DNA from: Octopus sinensis
Lineage: Eukaryota
Length of the DNA stretch: 6,951 nt
Reading direction: 5' to 3'
Assembly: GCF_006345805.1 (NCBI RefSeq)
Contig: NW_021828850.1
Span: forward strand, 1 to 6,951
The notes under the pieces are model-generated. The model did no database searches. It saw nothing but the letters and a program-made list of their open reading frames with translations, and had not been told where the DNA came from. Of this stretch, positions 1 to 6,951 are shown in pieces; position 1 is the stretch's first letter, and each line of letters opens with the position of its first letter. A program made the position numbers and the translations under genes.

Positions 1-513
1 AATTAACAACTGATGCCGGCAGTTTGTTCCATGTTTGCTGCGTGTGTATGGAGGTGAGGAAATCAGGTGTAGTGTGGCGAATCTCAGAAAGCATGGAAGT
101 TTTGAAGGATGCAGTGCTCAGACAATTAACAACTGATGCCGGCAGTTTGTTCCATGCTTGTGTGTGTATGGAGGGGAGGAAATCAGGTGTAGTGTTGGCG
201 AATCTCAGGAAGCATGGAAGTTTTGTAAGGATGCAGTGCTCCGACAACTAACAACTGATGCCGGCAGGTTGTTCCATGCTTGAGTGTGTATGGAGGGGAG
301 AAAATCAGGTGTAGTGTTGGCGAATCTCAGAAAGCATGGAAGTTTTGAAGGATGCAGTGCTCAGACAATTAACAACTGATGCCGGCAGTTTGTTCAATGC
401 TTGCGTGTGTATGGAGGGGAGGAAATCAGGTGTAGTGTTGGCGAATCTCAGGAAGCATGGAAGTTTTGAAGGATGCAGTGCTCCGACAACTAACAACTGA
501 TGCCGGCAGTTTG

Positions 514-583
514 TTCCATGCTTGTGTGTGTATGGAGGGGAGAAAATCAGGTGTAGTGTTGGCGAATCTCAGGAAGCATGGAA
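514..583. repeat. Perfect 10-bp inverted repeat TTCCATGCTT / AAGCATGGAA (example copy; recurs in monomers carrying the consensus)
   Basis: TTCCATGCTT at 514-523 and AAGCATGGAA at 574-583 (monomer positions 29-38 and 89-98). The arms alternate in orientation every 60/61 bp along the array. Confidence 0.9.
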
Positions 584-3282
584 GTTTTGAAGGATGCAGT
601 GCTCCGACAACTAACAACTGGTGCCGGCAGGTTGTTCCATGCTTGAGTGTGTATGGAGGGGAGAAAATCAGGTGTAGTGTTGGCGAATCTCAGAAAGCAT
701 GGAAGTTTTGAAGGATGCAGTGCTCAGGCAATTAACAACTGATGCCGGCAGTTTGTTCCATGCTTCCGTGTGTATGGAGGGGAGAAAATCAGGTGTAGGG
801 TTGGCGAATCTCAGGAAGCATGGAAGTTTTGAAGGATGCAGTGCTCCGACAACTAACAACTGATTCCGCCAGTTTGTTCCATGCTTGTGTGTGTATGCAG
901 GGGAGGAAATCAGGTGTAGTGTTGGCGAATCTCAGGAAGCATAGAAGTTTTGAAGGATGCAGTGCTCCGACAACTGACAACTGATGCCGGCAGTTTGTTC
1001 CATGCTTGTGTGTGTATGGAGGGGAGAAAATCAGGTGTAGTTTTGGCGAATCTCAGGAAGCATGGACGTTTTGAAGGATGCAGTGCTCCGACAACTAACA
1101 ACTGATGCCGGCAGTTTGTTCCATGCTTGTGTGTGTATGGAGGGGAGAAAATCAGGTCTAGTGTTGGCGAATCTCAGTATGCATGGAAGTTTTGAAGGAT
1201 GAAGTGCTCCAACATTTAACAACTAATGCCGGCAGTTTGTTCCATGCTTGCGTGTGTATGGAGGGGAGGAAATCAGGTGTAATGTTGGCGAATCTCAGGA
1301 AGCATGGAAGTTTTGAAGGATGCAGTGCTCAGTCAATTAACAACTGATGCCGGCAGGTTGTTCTATGCTTGTGTTTGTATGGAGGGGTAGAATTCAGGTG
1401 TAGTGTTGGCGAATCTCAGGAAGCATGGACGTTTTGAAGGATGCAGTGCTCCGACAACTAACAACTGATGCCGGCAGGTTGTTCCATGCTTGAGTGTGTA
1501 TGGAGGGGAGAAAATCAGGTGTAGTGTTGGCGAATCTTAGAAATCATGGAAGTTTTGAAGGATGCAGTGCTCCGACAACTAACAACTGATGCCGGCAGTT
1601 TGTTCCATGCTTGCGTGTGTATGGAGGGGAGGATATCAGGTGTAGTGTTGGCGAATCTCAGAAAGCATGGAAGTTTTGAAGGATGCAGTGCTCCGACAAC
1701 TAACAACTGATGCCTGTAGTTTGTTCCATGCTTGTGTGTGTATGGAGGGGAGAAAATCAGGTGTAGTGTTGGCGAATCTCAGAAAGCATGAAAGTTTTGA
1801 AGGATGCAGTGCTCCGACAATTAACAACTGATGCCGGCAGTTTGTTCCATGTTTGTGTGTGTATGGAGGGGAAGAAATCAGGTGTAGTATTGGCTAATCT
1901 CAGGAAGCATGGACGTTTTGAAGGATGCAGTGCTCAGACAATTAACAACTGATGCCTGCAGTTTGTTCCATGCTTGTGTGTGTATGGAGGGGAGGAAATC
2001 AGGTGTAGTGTTGGCTAATCTCAGAAAGCACGGAAGTTTTGAAGGATGCAGTGCTCAGACAATTAACAACTGATGCCGGCAGTTTGTTCCATGTTTGTGT
2101 GTGTATGGAGGGGAGGAAATCAGGTGTAGTGTTGGCGAATCTCAGAAAGCATGGAAGTTTTGAAGGATGCAGTGCTCAGACAATTAACAACTGATGCCGG
2201 CAGTTTGTTCCATGTTTGCTGCGTGTGTATGGAGGGGAGGAAATCAGGTGTAGTGTTGGCGAATCTCAGAAAGCATGGAAGTTTTGAAGGATGCAGTGCT
2301 CAGACAATTAACAACTGATGCCGGCAGTTTGTTCCATGTTTGCTGCGTGTGTATGGAGGGGAGGAAATCAGGTGTAGTGTTGGCGAATCTCAGAAGCATG
2401 GAAGTTTTGAAGGATGCAGTGCTCAGACAATTAACAACTGATGCCGGCAGTTTGTTCCATGTTTGCTGCGTGTGTATGGAGGGGAGGAAAACAGGTGTAG
2501 TGTTGGCGAATCTCAGAAAGCATGGAAGTTTTGAAGGATGCAGTGCTCAGACAATTAACAACTGATGCCGGCAGTTTGTTCCATTTTTGCGTGTGTATGG
2601 AGGGGAGGAAATCAGGTGTAGTGTTGGCGAATCTCAGAAAGCATGGAAGTTTTGAAGGATGCAGTGCTCAGACAATTAACAACTGATGCCGGCAGTTTGT
2701 TCCATGTTTGCTGCGTGTGTATGGAGGGGAGGAAATCAGGTGTAGTGTTGGCGAATCTCAGAAAGCATGGACGTTTTGAAGGATGCAGTGCTCAGACAAT
2801 TAACAACTGATGCCGGCAGTTTGTTCCATGCTTGTGTGTGTATGGAGGGGAGGAAATCAGGTGTAGTGTTGGCGAATCTCAGAAGGCATGGAAGTTTTGA
2901 AGGATGCAGTGCTCAGACAATTAACAACTGATGCCGGCAGTTTGTTCCATGTTTGCTGCGTGTGTATGGAGGGGAGGAAATCAGGTGTAGTGTTGGCGAA
3001 TCTCAGAAAGCATGGAAGTTTTGAAGGATGCAGTGCTCAGACAATTAACAACTGATGCCGGCAGTTTGTTCCATGCTTGTGTGTGTATGGAGGGGAGGAA
3101 ATCAGGTGTAGTGTTGGCGAATCTCAGAAAGAATGGAAGTTTTGAAGGATGCAGTGCTCAGACAATTAACAACTGATGCCGGCAGTTTGTTCAATGCTTG
3201 CGTGTGTATGGAGGGGAGGAAATCAGGTGTAGTGTTGGCGAATCTCAGAAAGTATGGAAGTTTTGAAGGATGCAGTGCTCAG

Positions 3283-6200
3283 ACAATTAACAACTGATGC
3301 GGCAGTTTGTTCCATGTTTGTGTGTGTAGGGAGGGGGAAATCAGGTGTAGTGTTGGCGAATCTCAGAAAGCATGGAAGTTTTGAAGGATGCAGTGCTCAG
3401 ACAATTAACAACTGATGCCGGCTTTGTTCCATCCTGTGTTGCTGCGTGTGTATGGAGGGGAAGAATCAGGTGTAGTGTTGGCGAATCTCAGGAAGCATGG
3501 AAGTTTAAGGATGCAGTGCTCCGACAACAATTAACAACTGATGCCGGCAGTTTGTTCCATGTTTGCTGTGTGTGGTGGAGGTGGAAGGAAATCAGTGTAG
3601 TGTTGGCTAATCTCAGAAAGATGAAGTTTTGAAGGATTGCAGTGCTCAGACATTAACAACTGATGGGCAGTTTGTTCCATGCTGTGTGTGTATGAAAGGA
3701 GAAAATCAGGTGTAGTGTTGGCGAATCTCAGAAAGCATGGAAGTTTTGAAGATGCAGTGCTCAGACAATTAACAACTGATGCCGGCATTTTTTCCATGCT
3801 TGTGTGTGTATGGAGGGAGGAAATCAGGTGTAGTGTTGGCGAATCTCAGAAAGCATGGAAGTTTTGAAGGATGCAGTCTCAGACAATTAACAACTGATGC
3901 CGGCAGTTTGTTCCATGTTGCTTGCGTGTGTATGGAGGGGAGGAAATCAGGTGTAGTGTTGGCGAATCTCAGAAAGCATGGAAGTTTTGAAGGATGCAGT
4001 GCTTAACATTACAACTGATGCCGGCAGGTTTTCCATGTTGTGTGTGTATGGAGGGGAGGAAATCAGGTGTAGTGTTGGCGAATCTCAGGAAGCATGGAAG
4101 TTTTGAAGGATGCAGTGCTCAGACAATTAACAACTGATGCCCGCAGTTTGTTCCATGCTTGTGTGTGTATGGAGGGAGGAAATCAGGTGTAGTGTTGGCG
4201 AATCTCAGAAAGCATGGAAGTTTTGAAGGATGCAGTGCTCCGAACAATTAACAACTGATGCCGGCAGTTTGTTCCATGTTTGTTTGTGTATGGAGGGGAG
4301 GAAATCAGGGGTAGTGTTGGCGAATCTCAGAAAGCATGGAAGTTTTGAAGGATGCAGTGCTCAGACAATTAACAACTGATGCCGGCAGTTGTTCCATGTT
4401 TGTGTGTGTATGGAGGGGAGGAAATCAGGTGTAGTGTTGCGAATCTCAGAAAGCATGAAAGTTTTGAAGGAGGCAGTGCTCAGACAACTAACAACTGATG
4501 CCGGCAGTTTGTTCCATGTTTGCTGCGTGTGTATGGAGGGGAGAAAATCAGGTGTAGTGTTGGCGAATCTCAGAAGCATGAAAGTTTTGAAGATGCATGC
4601 TCAGACAATTAACAACTGATGCCGGCAGTTTGTTCCATGCTTGCGTGTGTATGGAGGGGAGGAAATCAGGTGTGTGTTGGCGAATCTCAGAAAGCATGGA
4701 AGTTTTGAAGGATGCAGTGCTCAGACAATTAACACTGATGCCGGCAGTTTGTTCCATGCTTGCGTGTGTATGGAGGGGAGGAAATCAGGTGTAGTGTTGG
4801 CGAATCTCAGAAGCATGGAAGTTTTGAAGGATGCAGTGCTCAGACAATTAACAACTGATGCCGGCAGTTTGTTCCATGTTTGTGTGTGTATGGAGGGAGG
4901 AAATCAGTGTAGTGTTGGCGAATCTCAGAAAGCATGGAAGTTTTGAAGGATGCAGTGCTCAGACAATTAACAACTGATGCCGGCAGTTTGTTCCATGTTT
5001 GTGTGTGTATGGAGGGGTGGAAATCAGGTGTAGTGTTGGCGAATCTCAGAAAGCATGGAAGTTTTGAAGGATGCAGTGCTCAGACAATTAACAACTGATG
5101 CCGGCAGTTTGTTCCATGTTTGCTGCGTGTGTATGGAGGGGAGGAAATCAGGTGTAGTGTTGGCGAATCTCAGGAAGCATGGAAGTTTTGAAGGATGCAG
5201 TGCTCAGACAATTAACAACTGATGCCGGCAGTTTGTTCCATGTTTGCTGCGTGTGTATGGAGGGGAGGAAATCAGGTGTAGTGTTGGCTAATCTCAGAAA
5301 GCATGGAAGTTTTGAAGGATGCAGTGCTCAGACAATTAACAACTGATGCCGGCAGTTTGTTCCATGCTTGTGTGTGTATGAAGGGGAGGAAATCAGGTGT
5401 AGTGTTGGCGAATCTCAGAAAGCATGGAAGTTTTGAAGGATGCAGTGCTCAGACAATTAACAACTGATGCCGGCAGTTTGTTCCATGCTTGTGTGTGTAT
5501 GGAGGGGAGGAATCAGGTTGTAGTGTTGGCGAATCTCAGAAGCATGGAAGTTTTGAGGATGCAGTGCTCAACAATTAACAACTGATGCCGGCAGTTTGTT
5601 CCATGTTTGCTGCGTGTATGGAGGGGAGGAAATCAGGTGTAGTGTTGGCGAATCTCAGAAAGCATGGAAGTTTTGAAGGATGCAGTGCTTACAATTAACA
5701 ACTGATGCCGCAGTTTGTTCCATGTTTGTGTGTATGGAGGGGAGGAATCAGGTGTAGTGTTGGCGAATCTCAGGAAGCATGGAAGTTTTGAAGGATGCAG
5801 TGCTCAGACAATAACAACTGATGCCGCAGTTTGTTCCATGCTTGCGTGTGTATGGAGGGGAGGAAATCAGGTGTAGTGTTGGCGAATCTCAGAAAGCATG
5901 GAAGTTTTGAAGGATGCAGTGCTCAGACAATTAACAACTGATGCCGGCAGTTTGTTCCATGTTTGTGTGTGTATGGAGGGGAGGAAATCAGGTGTAGTGT
6001 TGGCGAATCTCAGAAAGCATGGAAGTTTTGAAGGATGCAGTGCTCAGACAATTAACAACTGATGCCGGCAGTTTGTTCCATGTTTGTGTGTGTATGGAGG
6101 GGAGGAAATCAGGTGTAGTGTTGGCGAATCTCAGAAAGCATGAAAGTTTTGAAGGATGCAGTGCTCAGACAATTAACAACTGATGCCGGCAGTTTGTTCC

Positions 6201-6534
6201 ATGTTTGCTGCGTGTGTATGGAGGGGAGGAAATCAGGTGTAGTGTTGGCGAATCTCAGAAAGCATGAAAGTTTTGAAGGATGCAGTGCTCCGACAACTAA
6301 CAACTGATGCCGGCAGTTTGTTCCATGCTTGCGTGTGTATGGAGGGGAGGAAATCAGGTGTAGTGTTGGCGAATCTCAGAAAGCATGAAAGTTTTGAAGG
6401 ATGCAGTGCTCCGACAACTAACAACTGATGCCGGCAGTTTGTTCCATGCTTGCGTGTGTATGGAGGGGAGGAAATCAGGTGTAGTGTTGGCGAATCTCAG
6501 AAAGCATGAAAGTTTTGAAGGATGCAGTGCTCAG
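3283..6534. repeat. Higher-order duplication: monomers 28-40 (3283-4843) correspond to monomers 42-54 (4963-6534), 14-monomer period
   Basis: Rare variants recur in the same order at an offset of about 1681-1686 bp: TCAGGA 3488/5170, GGCTA 3605/5286, TATGAA 3691/5377, GTGCTT 3999/5685, TCAGGA 4085/5770, CATGAAA 4454/6139 and 4577/6263. The +3 variant occurs in M29/43, M30/44, M33/47 and M38/52. Confidence 0.85.
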
Positions 6535-6716
6535 ACACAATTAACAACTGATGCCGGCATTTGTTCCATGCTTGTGTGTGTATGGAGGGGAGAATATCAG
6601 GTGTAGTGTTGGCGAATCTCAGAAAGCATGAAAGTTTTGAAGGATGCAGTGCTCGACAATTAACAACTGATGCCGGCAGTTTGTTCCATGCTTGCGTGTG
6701 TATGGAGGTGAGGAAA

Positions 6717-6834
6717 TCAGGTGTAGTGTTGGCGAATCTCAGAAAGCATGAAAGTTTTGAAGGATGCAGTGCTCAGACAATAACACTGATGCCGGCAGTT
6801 TGTTCCATGCTTCAGCAACTTCACACGTGAAAAA
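6717..6834 (-). mobile_element. Degenerate C-terminal fragment of a CR1/L2-type non-LTR retrotransposon ORF2, spanning the flank and the terminal repeat unit; putative parent of the satellite monomer
   Basis: Minus-strand translation from 6834 gives FFTCEVAEAWNKLPASV. In intact monomers it continues VNCLSTASFKTSMLSEIRQHYT*, with TGA at plus-strand TCA 6717-6719 in this copy. The spacing FF-x7-W-N-x-L-P-x2-V-V-x3-S-x3-F-K matches the CR1-clade ORF2 C-terminal motif as I recall it (pattern like FFSNRVVNAWNSLPxxVVxAxSxxxFK). This copy has two 1-bp deletions at about 6780-6786 and an in-frame TGA just upstream (6835-6837). Not confirmed by a search. Confidence 0.6.
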
Positions 6835-6951
6835 TCATATAGGAAATGAATAGAGAAAATTAATTTGGTGGATTATTACAATACATAGTACAACAGGTCA
6901 CATATCGACAAATGGAAACTTGAAATTTCGAAGGAAATTATGATGTGCGCC
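6813..6951. other. Unique AT-rich flank; no ORF; the first ~22 bp are probably LINE-derived
   Basis: It does not match the monomer. The minus-strand frame continuing from the array has stops at 6835-6837 and 6898-6900. Confidence 0.8.

Larger units (their letters stand above)
1..6812. repeat. Tandem satellite array, 121-bp monomer (124-bp variant), about 56.3 copies, left end outside the window
   Basis: Monomer starts (ACAA[T/C]TAACAACTG) at 122, 244, 365, 486, 607, 728, 849, 970, 1091, 1212, 1333, 1454, 1575, 1696, 1817, 1938, 2059, 2180 and onward to 6656, 6777. Sixteen consecutive units (244-2179) are exactly 121 bp. The array stops abruptly after ...TTGTTCCATGCTT at 6812. Confidence 0.99.

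Noticed and set aside
534-552. G-quadruplex from GGAGGGGAG(G/A)AAATCAGG
   Set aside because: There is only one run of three or more G per monomer, so at best a weak two-tier structure.
494-560. Satellite-encoded hammerhead ribozyme (CTGATG...GAAA, as in newt, schistosome and cricket satellites)
   Set aside because: The core reads CUGAUGC rather than CUGANGA. I could not build stems II and III around GAAA with a valid NUH cleavage site. An Infernal search with Rfam hammerhead models would settle it.
486-606. 5S rRNA tandem genes (121 nt is about the length of 5S; AATCTCAGGAAGC loosely resembles 5S GATCTCGGAAGC)
   Set aside because: There is no 5S terminal helix, no recognisable box C, no spacer and no poly-T Pol III terminator between units. 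The similarity is limited to about 12 nt.
532-606. Internal sub-repeat (ATGGA..AGGA..CAG.TG twice; CTCAGA twice)
   Set aside because: The alignment needs several gaps over short words and cannot be distinguished from chance by eye.
1-6812. CRISPR array or CRISPR-like repeat-spacer system
   Set aside because: There are no unique spacers; the entire unit is repeated. The variable part is only a few bases of microsatellite, and there are no cas-like ORFs.
6823-6828. E-box CACGTG in the flank
   Set aside because: A single 6-mer with no promoter context, lying inside the putative LINE-derived codons.
24-6830. The 62-101 aa ORFs on both strands as protein-coding genes or a repeat protein
   Set aside because: The unit is 3n+1, so each copy shifts frame and reaches the unit's stop codons within about 1.5 copies. 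Longer ORFs occur only where indels or point changes bypass a stop. Substitutions show no sign of codon-level constraint.
6838-6951. Further LINE ORF2 homology (minus frame GAHHNFLRNFKFPFVDM*...INFLYSFPI*)
   Set aside because: It has two in-frame stops and no clear TRGH-x-x-KL motif at the expected distance. NFLYSF is suggestive but in the wrong register relative to WNKLP.

Overview
Positions 1-6812 are one head-to-tail tandem array of a 121-bp monomer. It has about 56 full copies plus a final partial copy and is open at the left edge of the window. It is followed by 139 bp of AT-rich unique sequence. Consensus (+): ACAATTAACAACTGATGCCGGCAGTTTGTTCCATGCTTGTGTGTGTATGGAGGGGAGGAAATCAGGTGTAGTGTTGGCGAATCTCAGAAAGCATGGAAGTTTTGAAGGATGCAGTGCTCAG. 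This looks like eukaryotic satellite DNA; I cannot identify the organism. There is no real gene: every ORF in the track is a product of a 121-nt (3n+1) unit shifting frame at each copy. The main observation is that the minus strand of each monomer translates to AWNKLPASVVNCLSTASFK, matching the W-N-x-L-P-x-x-V-V-x3-S-x3-F-K motif at the extreme C-terminus of CR1/L2-type LINE ORF2 proteins. Where the array stops (6812), the unique flank continues the same frame as FFTCEVAE, which restores the CR1-type FF-x7-WNxLP spacing. The window therefore plausibly shows a satellite amplified from the 3' end of a LINE remnant, still attached to its parent sequence. Monomer variants also reveal higher-order structure: a roughly 14-monomer (about 1.68 kb) duplication, a trimer pattern and a 124/121 dimer. 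Indel-rich patches probably reflect long-read consensus error. All family assignments are from recalled motif knowledge, not from a database search. Monomers are numbered M1-M57 from the left.
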